Shown: positions 29,159-42,986, numbered from the stretch's first letter. The stretch: DNA of 64,000 nucleotides from Deltaproteobacteria bacterium (GCA_013151915.1 JAADHJ010000044.1:329-64328), one strand, 5' to 3'. Numbers and translations: made by a program. The notes: generated by a model not told the origin, from the letters alone.

Positions 29159-30580
29159 ATGCCCTCGGAAAACAACAGAAAAAACCTTCTTCGCCACCTT
29201 CCCAAGGTGGACCAGGTCCTGGCACGTGCAGCCCTTTCGTTCTCCTCACCCGCAATTGCCCCGCGCATCGTAAAGGACGCGGTGAGAGAGGAGATCTGTT
29301 TTCTCAGGGAAAGGGTCCTTTCGGGGGAGATCACCGAACCGGGACTGCTTTCCATCGATGTCGTCGCTGACGGTGCGAAAAGGCGGGCGGCGGTTAAGAA
29401 TGTTCCCCGGCTGCGCAGGGTCATCAACGCCACCGGAGTGGTCATTCACACCAACCTGGGCCGCAGTCCTCTGCCCGATAAGGCCGTTCGGCAGATGCAG
29501 CTGGCCGCCTCGGGATACTCCAACCTCGAATACAGCCTTAAAGAAGGAAAGCGTGGCTCCAGGGACGATCTCATTGAAGGGCTTCTGAGCGAGATCACGG
29601 GGGCGGAAGCCGCCACGGTAGTCAACAATAACGCAGCGGCCGTAATGTTGGTCCTCAATACCCTTGCGGCCGGATGTGGAGTGGTTGTCTCGCGGGGTGA
29701 ACTGGTTGAGATCGGCGGTTCTTTCCGCATACCCGACGTCATGTCCGCCAGCGGGGCCCGTCTTCTGGAAGTGGGGACCACCAACCGCACGCGCATAGGT
29801 GATTATCGCCAGGCTGTCGATGAGAACACAGCGCTTCTACTAAAGGTCCATACCAGCAACTACAGTATCGTCGGCTTTTCAGAGGAAGCAAGTGTCAAGG
29901 ACCTTGTCGTACTTGGACGGGAAAAGGGAATTCCGGTCATGGTGGACCTGGGCAGCGGTTGTCTCCTGGATGTCAGGACCCTGGGGCTGTCGCACTACGA
30001 GCCCACCGTTATGGATGTCCTGAAGGCGGGGGCCGATGTGGTTACCTTCAGCGGCGACAAACTCCTGGGGGGACCTCAGGCGGGCGTTATTCTTGGGAAA
30101 GCTTCCACAATACAACGCATTCGGAAGAATCCCATGAAACGCGCGCTTCGGTGCGGGAAAATAACCCTGGCGGCCCTTGAGGCTGTCCTGAAAATCTATC
30201 TGAACCCCGAGACCGCCGTTGGGAACTTGCCCATACTGAGGATGATCACGGCGAGCAGGAGTTCCGTTTCCCGCCGGGCCCATCGGTTTGCGGATCGCCT
30301 TAAGGATCTTCCGGCCCAGGTGTCCTTCCTTCCTGCATTATCAAAGGTCGGCGGCGGCTCCCTTCCCCTGGAGGAGATGCCCACCGTCCTCCTGGCCCTG
30401 GAGACCGAGGCGCTTTCCGCGCAGGATTTTGAGGCCCGGCTGAGGGAACAGGATCCGCCTGTGATAGGGCGTATCGTGGAGGATCGGGTGTGCCTGGACT
30501 TCAGGACCGTTTTGCCGAGAGAACTGGGGGAACTGGAACGAGCCATAAGGGGAGCGATCGGTTTCCGGGAAAACACGTAG
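29159..30580 (+). CDS. selA: L-seryl-tRNA(Sec) selenium transferase
   Basis: [55 protein letters not shown]. Confidence 0.97.
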   Translation: MPSENNRKNLLRHLPKVDQVLARAALSFSSPAIAPRIVKDAVREEICFLRERVLSGEITEPGLLSIDVVADGAKRRAAVKNVPRLRRVINATGVVIHTNLGRSPLPDKAVRQMQLAASGYSNLEYSLKEGKRGSRDDLIEGLLSEITGAEAATVVNNNAAAVMLVLNTLAAGCGVVVSRGELVEIGGSFRIPDVMSASGARLLEVGTTNRTRIGDYRQAVDENTALLLKVHTSNYSIVGFSEEASVKDLVVLGREKGIPVMVDLGSGCLLDVRTLGLSHYEPTVMDVLKAGADVVTFSGDKLLGGPQAGVILGKASTIQRIRKNPMKRALRCGKITLAALEAVLKIYLNPETAVGNLPILRMITASRSSVSRRAHRFADRLKDLPAQVSFLPALSKVGGGSLPLEEMPTVLLALETEALSAQDFEARLREQDPPVIGRIVEDRVCLDFRTVLPRELGELERAIRGAIGFRENT

Positions 30581-30592
30581 AGCCGGTAATAT

Positions 30593-32542
30593 ATGACCGA
30601 TACCCGAACGCATATCATAATAGGCACCGCCGGCCACATAGACCACGGCAAGACCTCCCTCGTCCGATCCCTCACCGGGTTTGACACGGATCGACTCAAG
30701 GAGGAGAAGGAACGTGGAATTACCATTGAACTCGGGTTTGCTCCACTGACCCTGCCTTCAGGATTACGCGTCGGGCTGGTGGACGTTCCCGGGCACGAGC
30801 GGTTCGTACGGAACATGGTCGCCGGGGCCACCGGAATTGACCTTGTACTCCTTGTTATTGCCGCCGATGAAGGTGTCATGCCTCAGACCAGGGAGCACCT
30901 TGATATCTGCCGGCTCCTTGAAACAAGGGGTGGAATGGTAGTGCTCACCAAGGTCGACATGGTTGAGCCTGATTGGCTCGAGATGGTAACGGAAGATGTC
31001 AGGGAATACCTGTCGGAGACCTTTCTGTGCGACGCACCGATTATCCCCTTTTCGGCCGTTGACGGCACAGGTAAAGAGGAACTCCTCAGGGCGATGGACG
31101 AAGCGGCCATGCTGGTTCCCGGAAAGAACCTCGAAGGAGTTTTCCGCCTGCCGGTGGATCGTGTCTTCTCCATGAAGGGGTTCGGCACTGTGATAACAGG
31201 AACCCTTATCTCCGGGAAGGTAGCGCTGGGCGAGGAGGTAAACTTCTTCCCCGAGGGCAGGAGGGCGAAAGTTCGCGGCATCCAGGTTCACGGCGAACAG
31301 GTCCGGGAGAGTTCCGCGGGCACTCGCACGGCATTGAATCTTCAGGGAATCGAAAAAGGACAGATCCGCCGAGGGGAAACCGCGGCCCATGCGGGTTCAC
31401 TTATTCCAACCTATCTTCTTGATACCCATGTCAGGCTTTTATCCTCCGCACCGAGGCCCCTGAAAAATCGCAGCCGGGTGCGTCTCCATCTTTACACCTC
31501 CGAAATAATGGCCCGAGTTGTCCTGCTGGAGAAAGAAGCCCTCGATCCAGGGCAGGAGGCGTTGGCACAGATACGCCTGGAAGCGTCGGCGGTTGCTCAG
31601 CCGGGCGACAGGTTTGTCCTCCGCAGCTATTCTCCAATCACCACCATCGGTGGAGGAGTTGTACTGGACCCGGCGCCGGCGAAGCACCGGCGCATGCGGC
31701 AGACGGTTATCGCCCATCTGACACGCCTGCAGACGGATGATCCAGGCAAGAGGATGGAAGCTCTATTGGATGAGGCAGGTGATTACGGTGGGACGGCCGG
31801 AGTCATCGGGATCAGGGCGGGTGTTTCCGTACCTGGGGCCATCGGGCTGTTGCGGGACCTTGAGGCTGAAGGAAAGGCTGTGCTCATTGGCGATGGTGCC
31901 GGGGCTCTTGCCTACTCCTCGACGTCCTTCGATGGTCTGAAAGACCGGCTTGTCAAGGTTCTCGACGTTTTTCACCAGGCGCACCCCCTTAAAAAGGGCA
32001 TGGGGAGGGAGGAGCTCCGGATGAAGTTCGCGAGCATGTTGCCCGATCGGCCCTACAAAAATCTCCTGTCGGCCCTTGGGAAAAAAGACGTGATCGGGGT
32101 TGAGGGGGACACTGTCTTCCTCAGGGCCCACACCGCTGCATTTACCCCCGAGCAGGAGGAGTTGGCGAAGAGGGCCGCCTTGATTCTTGACGCCGCCGGC
32201 CTGTCAACCCCCTTCGTTCCCGATCTTGCCGGGGACCTGGCCGTGGATATAGGCCATCTGAAAGCCGTTCTCGGCCTCATGTCCGAAAGGGGCGATGCGG
32301 TCAGAGTCAAAGACGACTTCTATATCCATCCCGATGCCAACAGGACCCTTATGGAAAAGGTGGACAGCTATTTCGCATCCAATACCGAACTCTCCATGAA
32401 AGGGTTCCGGGAGATCGCCGATACCAGCAGGAAGTGGATGATTCCCCTCCTTGAGTACCTGGACAGGATGCAGGTAACCATGAGGAAAGGAGACGTGCGC
32501 ATAAAGCGCGGCGGCACGCAGAAGGGAGGAAGAGCCTCATGA
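30593..32542 (+). CDS. selB: Selenocysteine-specific elongation factor
   Basis: [31 protein letters not shown]-terminal winged helices [13 protein letters not shown]. Confidence 0.97.
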   Translation: MTDTRTHIIIGTAGHIDHGKTSLVRSLTGFDTDRLKEEKERGITIELGFAPLTLPSGLRVGLVDVPGHERFVRNMVAGATGIDLVLLVIAADEGVMPQTREHLDICRLLETRGGMVVLTKVDMVEPDWLEMVTEDVREYLSETFLCDAPIIPFSAVDGTGKEELLRAMDEAAMLVPGKNLEGVFRLPVDRVFSMKGFGTVITGTLISGKVALGEEVNFFPEGRRAKVRGIQVHGEQVRESSAGTRTALNLQGIEKGQIRRGETAAHAGSLIPTYLLDTHVRLLSSAPRPLKNRSRVRLHLYTSEIMARVVLLEKEALDPGQEALAQIRLEASAVAQPGDRFVLRSYSPITTIGGGVVLDPAPAKHRRMRQTVIAHLTRLQTDDPGKRMEALLDEAGDYGGTAGVIGIRAGVSVPGAIGLLRDLEAEGKAVLIGDGAGALAYSSTSFDGLKDRLVKVLDVFHQAHPLKKGMGREELRMKFASMLPDRPYKNLLSALGKKDVIGVEGDTVFLRAHTAAFTPEQEELAKRAALILDAAGLSTPFVPDLAGDLAVDIGHLKAVLGLMSERGDAVRVKDDFYIHPDANRTLMEKVDSYFASNTELSMKGFREIADTSRKWMIPLLEYLDRMQVTMRKGDVRIKRGGTQKGGRAS

Positions 32543-33774
32543 TCCAGGTATCGGAGGCAAGGAGGATTATTCTGGAAAACACTCATGTCGGTGGGGTGGA
32601 GGTCGTGCCCCTGACCGATTGTCTGGGACGGGTTCTCGCCGAAGCCGTCCATGCCTGCCGTGATGTTCCCCCCATGGATAACTCGGCCATGGACGGATTT
32701 GCCCTGAACGCCGCCCAATCCACCGGGGCCTCTGAAGCCGCACCTGTCTTTATCCCCGTGTCCCGGACAATCAGGGCCGGTGATGAGCCCGGGGCTGCCG
32801 TGGGTTCCCATGAGGCTGTGAAAATCATGACTGGAGCCCCGATCCCGGATGGCGTGGATTCGGTGGTGCGGGTTGAAGACACATCCTTTAAGGACGATTA
32901 CCTCGTTCTCGGCAAACCCCTGGGGGTAGGCGATAACATCCGCGCCGCCGGCGAGGACATCGCCTCCGGGTCCGATATCCTGAAACCGGGAAGATGCCTC
33001 AATCCGGCCGACATGGGCCTTGTGGCCTCCCAGGGGATCGCCCAGCTGACCGTCTACAGAAGACCTACGGTAGCCATTCTTGCCACCGGGGATGAGGTGG
33101 TTGACCTGGGTGAGATTCCCCGCGATGCTCAGATATTCAGCAGCAACTCCTATACCCTGATGGGCCTTGTCCAAGAATGTGGGGCCATTCCCCGCGTGTT
33201 GGGCATATCCCCGGATGATCCCGCCCAAATGGCCGGAATGATCCGGGAAGGGCTGACTTCGGATGTGGTCGTTACATCCGGGGGGGTGTCCATGGGGGAT
33301 TACGATTTCCTGAAGGACGTACTCGAGGAGATAGGCGCCAGGGTCCTCTTCTGCAGGGTCGCCCAGAAACCGGGCAAGCCCATGACCTTCGGCGTTATGG
33401 GCTGGAAACCCATATTCGCCCTTCCGGGCAACCCCGTATCCGCTGCCCTGTCCTTCGAACTCTACGCCCGTCCGGCCATCAGGAAGATGATGGGCCACAC
33501 CAGACTTTTCAGACCCACAATTCAGGCACTTATGGAGCAGAGCATCAGAAAGAAAAAAGGCCGTAGAAATTTTATCCGAGGCATAGTAGAGAGAAAGGAT
33601 GGAATATTTTACGTGAGAACAACGGGTAAGCAGGGATCCGGGATACTGCGGTCAATGTCCTCCGCAAACGGGATTATTATTCTATCCGAGGACGTTGACG
33701 GTGCCGAGGCCGGTCAACCAGTCGATGTGTACCTGCTGAACAGTGATGATGTGCTCCTGGAAGGGGGCGTTTGA
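32539..33774 (+). CDS. moeA: Molybdopterin molybdenumtransferase
   Basis: SAMDGFA, IMTGAPIP, ATGDE, TSGGVSMGD, KPGKP, LPGNPVS. Confidence 0.95.
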   Translation: MIQVSEARRIILENTHVGGVEVVPLTDCLGRVLAEAVHACRDVPPMDNSAMDGFALNAAQSTGASEAAPVFIPVSRTIRAGDEPGAAVGSHEAVKIMTGAPIPDGVDSVVRVEDTSFKDDYLVLGKPLGVGDNIRAAGEDIASGSDILKPGRCLNPADMGLVASQGIAQLTVYRRPTVAILATGDEVVDLGEIPRDAQIFSSNSYTLMGLVQECGAIPRVLGISPDDPAQMAGMIREGLTSDVVVTSGGVSMGDYDFLKDVLEEIGARVLFCRVAQKPGKPMTFGVMGWKPIFALPGNPVSAALSFELYARPAIRKMMGHTRLFRPTIQALMEQSIRKKKGRRNFIRGIVERKDGIFYVRTTGKQGSGILRSMSSANGIIILSEDVDGAEAGQPVDVYLLNSDDVLLEGGV

Positions 33775-33790
33775 TGCGGGAGGAAAACCC

Positions 33791-34465
33791 ATGAGAAGAA
33801 CCATTTTCGAACTTTTCGCCAAATCCCCATTCGGTCCCCTGCAGGACCATATGACGAAAGTGATGGATACCGCCAAGCTTATCCCGGACCTCTTCAAGGC
33901 CTTTGAAGAGGACGACGAAAAAATGTTCGATGAGCTGTCGAAAAAGATCGGGCATGCGGAATATGAAGCCGACATCATAAAAAACGAGATCCGGGGCGAT
34001 CTGCCCAAGACCATTTTTACACCGGTGGCACGGAAAGATATTGTGGATATCCTGTCCTTTCAGGACAAGATCAGCGATGTGGCCGAGGACGTTATGGTCC
34101 TTTTGAACATGCGCAAGCTTCCGTTTCCAAAGACGATCAGGGATGAGCTGTGGGGCTTCATAGGGCAGGTAATGACCACCGTGGAGCATTTTGCCAGGAT
34201 CAGCAGCGAGCTGGATGAACTGGTTGAGGCTTCTTTCGGCGGAGCCGAGGCCGGAAAGGTCACCGAGATGATCGACGCACTGGGCCGTGAGGAGCACAAG
34301 GCCGACCGGATGCAGCATGACCTGCTCAAAAAACTACTTGCCCTGGAGGATGAATTTGGGGCCTTGAATATTGTTCTTTGGATGAAGGTCCTGGGGGCGT
34401 TGGGGGATATCGCGAATAACGCCGAGAGGACGGGCAATCGTATTCGCCTTTTCATTTCCAAATAA
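33791..34465 (+). CDS. DUF47/TIGR00153 phosphate transport regulator
   Basis: FAKSPF.PLQ.H, E.EAD.IK..IR..LP...F.PV.R.D; upstream of pit. Confidence 0.9.
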   Translation: MRRTIFELFAKSPFGPLQDHMTKVMDTAKLIPDLFKAFEEDDEKMFDELSKKIGHAEYEADIIKNEIRGDLPKTIFTPVARKDIVDILSFQDKISDVAEDVMVLLNMRKLPFPKTIRDELWGFIGQVMTTVEHFARISSELDELVEASFGGAEAGKVTEMIDALGREEHKADRMQHDLLKKLLALEDEFGALNIVLWMKVLGALGDIANNAERTGNRIRLFISK

Positions 34466-34497
34466 AATCCATCGGGATGCGCCGCGATTGAGTAGGG

Positions 34498-35760
34498 GTG
34501 TTATTCGTGCTTGAGCTTGGAATCTGGGTTTTTTGGGTCAGCCTTGCGGTCTGCTTCTATATGGCATGGAACATCGGCGCCAACGATGTGGCCAACGCCA
34601 TGGGAACGTCCGTGGGTTCCCACGCCGTCAGCCTCAAGCAGGCTGTTTTACTTGCAGGGGTGTTCGAATTCGCCGGGGCTTTCCTCGTTGGGGGGCACGT
34701 CACCGACACCGTTCGCAAGGGGATCGTTTCTCCCGCCATTTTCCAGGGCAACGCGGACCTCTTCGTCCTGGGAATGCTGTCGGCCCTGCTGGCGTCGGGT
34801 ATCTGGCTGAACCTGTCCACAGCGTTGGGCCTTCCCGTCTCCACCACCCACTCCATCGTGGGGGCCATTGTGGGTTTCGGCCTCCTTGTCGGCGGGATGT
34901 CTGCGATAAACTGGGGAAGGCTGGGCTCGGTGGTGGCGAGTTGGTTTATCTCCCCGTTGGTCGGGGGGGTTATCGCGTTTGTTACCTTCTCGTTCATCAA
35001 AAGGACCGTTCTGGCGTCCTGGGATCCTGTCCGTGCCGCGAGGAGAGTCGTTCCAATCCTCATCTTTCCGGTGGCCGTTGTGCTTGTCTTATCCATGCTC
35101 TTTAAAGGGCTGAAAAATCTGCATCTGGATATTCCCTTCAGGGAAGCCCTCATTATCGCCCTTGCCGTCGGCGTTCTGGCCTACCTGACCATGAAGTTCA
35201 TCCTGGTGAGAAAGTATGCCGTCAGACCAAGGAAACGGAAGGCTGCATTCGATCAGGTTGAAGGGATATTCAGATACCTCCAGATTGGGACTGCCTGTTA
35301 CGTGGCGTTCGCCCATGGCGCAAATGATGTCGCCAACGCCATCGGGCCGTTCGCCGCCATTGTGTCCGTATTTAAAACCGGCAATCTCGAAATGACAGTG
35401 GGCGTACCGATATGGATCCTTGCCCTGGGCGGCGTTGGGATCGTCATCGGCCTGGGAACATGGGGATACAAGGTCATCGAGACGGTGGGCAGAAAGATCA
35501 CCTCTATTACACCCTCCCGCGGTTTCTCGGCGGAGTTTGCCACCGCAACTACTGTTCTCGCCTGCTCCAAACTTGGTCTGCCGGTTTCCACCAGCCATAC
35601 TCTGGTAGGATCCATCATCGGTGTGGGCATGGCCAAGGGGGTGGCGGCCATCAACCTTCGGGTGATCCGCAATATCATCAATTCCTGGCTCATTACCATT
35701 CCCGCCGCCGCCGTTTTGACCATCCTTATCTTCCTCCTGCTCAAGGCAGTCGCCCTGTGA
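34498..35760 (+). CDS. pit: PiT-family inorganic phosphate transporter
   Basis: Duplicated GANDVAN signature; PVSTTH and PVSTSH. Confidence 0.93.
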   Translation: MLFVLELGIWVFWVSLAVCFYMAWNIGANDVANAMGTSVGSHAVSLKQAVLLAGVFEFAGAFLVGGHVTDTVRKGIVSPAIFQGNADLFVLGMLSALLASGIWLNLSTALGLPVSTTHSIVGAIVGFGLLVGGMSAINWGRLGSVVASWFISPLVGGVIAFVTFSFIKRTVLASWDPVRAARRVVPILIFPVAVVLVLSMLFKGLKNLHLDIPFREALIIALAVGVLAYLTMKFILVRKYAVRPRKRKAAFDQVEGIFRYLQIGTACYVAFAHGANDVANAIGPFAAIVSVFKTGNLEMTVGVPIWILALGGVGIVIGLGTWGYKVIETVGRKITSITPSRGFSAEFATATTVLACSKLGLPVSTSHTLVGSIIGVGMAKGVAAINLRVIRNIINSWLITIPAAAVLTILIFLLLKAVAL

Positions 35761-35770
35761 GTGCCTGTAG

Positions 35771-38604
<2,834 letters not shown>

Positions 38605-38607
38605 GAA

Positions 38608-38730
38608 ACCAGTGCCTGGTGCCGAGGAATCAGTGGTTTTTACTAGGAACCAGGAACTCTTCGACGCACTTTCGTTTGCTCAGGGCAGGCCTTTAAACCA
38701 GGAACCAGGAACCAGGAACTAGGAACTGAT
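38608..38730. repeat. Heptamer arrays (CAGGAAC type) with an embedded cttcgac..gctcagggcagg module
   Basis: caggaac caggaac caggaac taggaac read directly. Confidence 0.75.
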
Positions 38731-38748
38731 TTAAAGAGGGAGGTTGCC

Positions 38749-38979
38749 ATGCCCAATATCCTCGTGCGGGATCTCGGAGATGAAACCATCAAACACATCA
38801 AGGCGCGGGCGCGGCGAAACGGCCGGTCCATGCAGTCCGAGATAAAGAACATCATCGAAAATGCCGCCCGGTCGGAGTCCCGGGACACCGTTATCCTCTC
38901 CGCGAGGATACGGAGGATGCTCGGAGGCCGGGAACACACGGACAGCGCGAAGCTTGCCGAGAAATCGAGCAGGGTTTGA
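38749..38979 (+). CDS. FitA/Arc-like ribbon-helix-helix antitoxin
   Basis: MPNILVRDL...LK.RA..NGRS...E...I.; overlaps the PIN gene. Confidence 0.85.
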   Translation: MPNILVRDLGDETIKHIKARARRNGRSMQSEIKNIIENAARSESRDTVILSARIRRMLGGREHTDSAKLAEKSSRV

Positions 38980-39395
38980 ACCGGTTCGTCGTGGAGGCCT
39001 GTGTGGCCGTCAAGTGGTTTGTCCCGGAGGTGCACTCCGAAAGTGCGGTCCGCCTCCTGGAAGGATTCAACGAATTGGTGGCCACGGAACAGCTCCTTCC
39101 GGAGGCCGGCGATCTCCTCTCCCGGAAGGTTCGGCTCGGGGAGCTTACCATTGAAGAGAGCCGCGAGGTCTATGCCGCGCTCAGCTCGGTGGCGGTGGAC
39201 ATCCATCCTTCCCGCCATCTCATCGAGGCGGCGCTGGAGATAGCGGCGGCCATGGATCGCCCTCTCTCCGATGGTTTGAGCCTCGCCCTTGCGGTCCGGC
39301 AGGAATGCCGCATGGTCACCGCCGGGAGGGAGCTTTACGATACCGTTCGCGGGACACCCTTCGCCAAGCACCTGAAATGGATAGGGGATGTTTGA
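38976..39395 (+). CDS. vapC: PIN-domain VapC-like toxin with degenerate active site
   Basis: VVEACVAVKWF, LL.EA, DG..LALA, VTAGREL. Confidence 0.8.
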   Translation: MNRFVVEACVAVKWFVPEVHSESAVRLLEGFNELVATEQLLPEAGDLLSRKVRLGELTIEESREVYAALSSVAVDIHPSRHLIEAALEIAAAMDRPLSDGLSLALAVRQECRMVTAGRELYDTVRGTPFAKHLKWIGDV

Positions 39396-39399
39396 TTTT

Positions 39400-39473
39400 C
39401 AGAGTCCAAGGTCCAGAGCCCAGAGGGGAAGAACAGTCCAGAGTCCAGTGTCCAGTGTCCAGAGTCCAGAGTG
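39400..39473. repeat. Heptamer array (CAGAGTC, reverse complement of the 5661 unit)
   Basis: cagagtc caaggtc cagagcc ... cagagtc cagtgtc cagtgtc cagagtc cagagtg. Confidence 0.85.
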
Positions 39474-39598
39474 GAAAAGCGGATGCAAAGGCTTGGTCTA
39501 ACAGGAATGGAGGGGATAAGGCAGGTAATGGAGAAAAGCAGGATCTGGGACCCGCGGAGCGTAGCGTGCATCAGCGGCCAATGAGTTTTAAGAATTCC

Positions 39599-39684
39599 TT
39601 TACCGCGGATGGACGCAGATGGACGCGGATTAGATCCAACCCTAAGGTTTAGGTTTAGATCTATCAGCGAGAATCAGCGGTAAA
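39599..39684. repeat. Palindromic REP-like element with 10-nt tandem units
   Basis: tttaccgcggatggacgcagatggacgcggat ... atcagcgagaatcagcggtaaa. Confidence 0.7.
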
Positions 39685-39716
39685 TAAGCCTTAGAATATG
39701 GATAATGTTATACGTT

Positions 39717-40418
39717 TCAATTTTCCGTTATCCACTCCGTCACCGGCTTCAGCCAGACATTACGGGGCCTGTAAAATACCCCGTGTCCAAGGCCGGTTTT
39801 CAACTTAATCTCACTGCTCTTTATACTGCCTGCACCCTTTTTGAAGGCCTCCTTGCACGTGCCGCCGGAATCGTCGCTGCGGTCGTATATAGACAGGAAC
39901 CTCCCTGAGAGCGAGGGAGCAACGTTTTTCAGTATCTGTTTATATGCCCTCGCGAAACTGCCTTTACCGCAGCCGGCCATCACAACGTAATTAAGTTCAG
40001 GATCATCAAGGGCCGCTGAAACATAAAAGGTGATTACTCCGCCCTTTGAAAAACCCACTACAGCAATATTGCGGGAAGGAACACCGGCTGATTTAAGTTT
40101 TTCTATCTGTCTTGCAATCCGATGGGCATATCTTCCGGGTTTGGTTCCCCTTGGTCTGAGCGCGCTCACGACGGTAAAACCGTAACCCTCAAACGCTTTC
40201 AGCAAACCGAAATAATCATACGCTCCGTACTGCCGATTCATGCCATTAGGGCCCTTGTCCTCTGCTATTTTACCGTGGAGATAAAATAGATACCTTGCCG
40301 ACGGGTTGATATCGGCTGGTAGGTCGTGGGACCGCGACGCCATGGAACTGCCGGCCGATGTGGCGACAAAAAGAATAGACAAAATTGCAGAAAGCAGCCA
40401 CTTCTGATTATCGGACAT
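39717..40418 (-). CDS. Exported alpha/beta-hydrolase-fold protein
   Basis: Signal-like N-terminus, YLHG, GFSKGG nucleophile elbow, late GHG. Confidence 0.7.
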   Translation of the reverse strand: MSDNQKWLLSAILSILFVATSAGSSMASRSHDLPADINPSARYLFYLHGKIAEDKGPNGMNRQYGAYDYFGLLKAFEGYGFTVVSALRPRGTKPGRYAHRIARQIEKLKSAGVPSRNIAVVGFSKGGVITFYVSAALDDPELNYVVMAGCGKGSFARAYKQILKNVAPSLSGRFLSIYDRSDDSGGTCKEAFKKGAGSIKSSEIKLKTGLGHGVFYRPRNVWLKPVTEWITEN

Positions 40419-41688
40419 TAGATATACCCCCCATTTCCCTTCCTGCTTCTCCCCTGAACAATGAATCCACTGGAACAGCGTGCATGTTTTCGGCAAAGGG
40501 AACGGTCTCCTTTCCGGTATAGAGGATCACGCCCCTGACGAACTTTGGACCCAGCAGCTCGGCCAGGGCCTTGAGCCCCCTGAAATCGCCGGCGCCGACG
40601 GTCCGGGAAGCCTTCACCTCGACACCCACGCACGTGCCGTCCCGTGCTTCGAGGACAACGTCCACCTCCTGCCCGGTCTGCGACCTGAAGTGGTAAATGC
40701 CCGGGGACGCCTCGCTCCAGGCGGTCTGCTTCATCAGTTCCATAACGACGAAGTTTTCAAGGAGCGGCCCGAAAATCGTTTTATTTGCGCTCAAGCCGGC
40801 CCTGTTCAATCCCATCAGGTACGCCGCAAGGCCGGTGTCGTTTAAAAATAACTTTGGCGACCTGACGAGCCTTTTGGACAGGTTGCCCGACCAGGAGGGA
40901 ATCCGGCGAACCAGAAACGCTGCCTCCAGCAGTGCCATGTAGCGCTTGAAAGTGCTCTGGGGCAATCCCGAACTTCTGGACAGTTCCGCGTAGTTGAGCA
41001 GGGAAGAGGCCCTGGCGGCGAGCAGGGACAGTATGCGGGGCAGATCGGTCAATCCCTCTATATTGGCCAGTTCGCGTATGTCTCTTTGAAGGATAGTCGT
41101 GATGTAGGAACCGTACCAGCTCCGTCTCCTGGACTCGCCGGTTCTTTTTATTATCTCCGGATAGCCGCCGGTCACTATCCTTCCAGCGATGTCCCGGTCC
41201 CGGTTTTCCGGACCCGGCACCTCAGGATATCTTTTCGACTCCATGAACAGCAGGTCTATGAAGCTCTCCTTCACGCCCGAGAGCTCTCCCTGGGAAAACG
41301 GCCACAGGGTGTGGATCTCCATCCTCCCTGCCAGGGACTCGGAGACCTTCGGGAGGAGCATGACGTCGGCCGATCCCGTCAGCAGAAACCTCCCGGACTT
41401 ACGGTCCCGGTCCACCGAGGCCTTGATGGCCGGGAAAAGCTCCGGAGCCCTCTGCACTTCATCCAGCACCACCGGACCTTCCAGCCCCGACAGGAAACCG
41501 GCGGCGTCGGACCGCGCCGCTGACAGGATCACGGCATCGTCAAGGGTCAGATATCGTGCCTGATGATGATCGGAAGCGATCTTCTGCGCCAGGGTGCTCT
41601 TCCCGACCTGTCTTGCCCCGACGAGCAGGACCACCGGGCTGTCCGAAAGGCTTTCAAGAATTCCGTCTGTTATGTTCCTGGCTATCAT
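40408..41688 (-). CDS. AAA+ ATPase with DUF4143-type C-terminal domain
   Basis: GARQVGKST, LDEVQRAPE, LLTGS, SPKLFLNDTG, FEN.V..EL, EVD.V....EVK. Confidence 0.9.
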   Translation of the reverse strand: MIARNITDGILESLSDSPVVLLVGARQVGKSTLAQKIASDHHQARYLTLDDAVILSAARSDAAGFLSGLEGPVVLDEVQRAPELFPAIKASVDRDRKSGRFLLTGSADVMLLPKVSESLAGRMEIHTLWPFSQGELSGVKESFIDLLFMESKRYPEVPGPENRDRDIAGRIVTGGYPEIIKRTGESRRRSWYGSYITTILQRDIRELANIEGLTDLPRILSLLAARASSLLNYAELSRSSGLPQSTFKRYMALLEAAFLVRRIPSWSGNLSKRLVRSPKLFLNDTGLAAYLMGLNRAGLSANKTIFGPLLENFVVMELMKQTAWSEASPGIYHFRSQTGQEVDVVLEARDGTCVGVEVKASRTVGAGDFRGLKALAELLGPKFVRGVILYTGKETVPFAENMHAVPVDSLFRGEAGREMGGISNVR

Positions 41689-41958
41689 GTGGTGGAATTA
41701 TAACCATCTGATGGTTGATTTTCAACCACAAAATACCCCTTGTCCCCGCTTTTCTTTTTCCACACCAGCCTCCCTGCGGCCGTGGATTTCCAAGTCTGTT
41801 CACTTCCTGACTCGCTGCTCGTCCTGGATGAATCCTCTTGAACGAGGTTTCCTCCATGAAAAGACACTGCTCCCTTGTTATCTTTTGGAAAAACAAATGG
41901 TCCGGAGGCCGCCCGCGGATTCATAAATCACCTGTGCACTTCGCCCGAACAATGGTCA

Positions 41959-42429
41959 TTACTCCGTGTAATCGATGCCGTTCTCCCTGCACCATCGCCT
42001 GGCGGTTTCCTCGAAGGCCTGTCTCCTGAAAACAAACCATGGTTCCTCTATCTCCAGCCTCCGGATGGATAACTTGAACATGCGGAAAGCTCCCCTACCA
42101 TTTATAGCTTCCAGCAGTTCTCCGGAAACCTTCCTGTCCTCCCGAGAGTGGGCAAAGTCTTCCATAATCATGTATTCATTGATATCGAAACGGGTCGGGA
42201 GCGAGACGTAGCTTTCCGGATTTTCGAGTACATCCGCAGCGGCTTCGATGGCCTCTCTCGTTCCACCAGGGACCCGGCCCGGTGATTCGCCGTCCTCGGC
42301 GGCCCGCCACTCCTCATCGGTAATCATGAAGAGCTCTCCTGTCACCCTGTTCAAATAGGATTCCCGGCCGTCACCGAGGCTTTCCATCTCATCAACGATG
42401 TCGCTGATCCTCACGGAAGCTTTTTCCAT
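41959..42429 (-). CDS. UPF0158-family protein
   Basis: YLNRVTGE, LPT.FDI.EY.IME.F, AI.G.GAFR.FK. Confidence 0.85.
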   Translation of the reverse strand: MEKASVRISDIVDEMESLGDGRESYLNRVTGELFMITDEEWRAAEDGESPGRVPGGTREAIEAAADVLENPESYVSLPTRFDINEYMIMEDFAHSREDRKVSGELLEAINGRGAFRMFKLSIRRLEIEEPWFVFRRQAFEETARRWCRENGIDYTE

Positions 42430-42469
42430 ACACGACTCCTTTGTCCGATCCAGCTATGATATTTTACCT

Positions 42470-42870
42470 GGTTCATCCTGGAAATGAGTACCTGAATGAA
42501 GACCGGACTTCGGGAAAAGCTAATTTAACACGGAGTACACGGGGTTAAACAGGGTGCACAGAGTTTCACAGGGTAACACAGGGTTTATTTAAAACAAGTT
42601 AACGAAGTTTCGCGAAGTTTAAAACCAGTATCTTCATGGTTAGACCTCGCCCGTTGTCATCGTGAGCTGAAAACCGCCATCTGTCATCGCGAGCTGAAAC
42701 CCTTGCGAAGCGACCCCGTGAGCGACCGGAGGGCGCCGCAACGACCTTTTCAGCTTCCGTCTTCGTTCTTCGAACTTCGCCGTGACAAGTCGCCCGGGAT
42801 TGCCGCGCCACGGTTTTACTCGGGCTCGCAATGACAGCAATAATAAAGGTACGCATTAAACGGATGAACC
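42470..42870 (+). mobile_element. Complete MITE (subtype B), 401 bp, with 8-bp target-site duplication
   Basis: TTTTACCT flanks both sides (42462-42469 and 42871-42878); ends ggttcatcctggaaatgagtacct and aggtacgcattaaacggatgaacc. Confidence 0.92.
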
Positions 42871-42911
42871 TTTTACCTTAAGCGCAATTTCAACTATACC
42901 CGTATCTTATC

Positions 42912-42932
42912 TTGGTGCCAGACCCCTGCAGG
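42912..42932. repeat. REP-like 21-mer, copy 2
   Basis: ttggtgccagacccctgcagg; compare 3792-3812. Confidence 0.55.
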
Positions 42933-42986
42933 AGAGGCAGCGATAAACCGGGCCACAGGTTATAGAAACTCACCCCCACCTAAACC

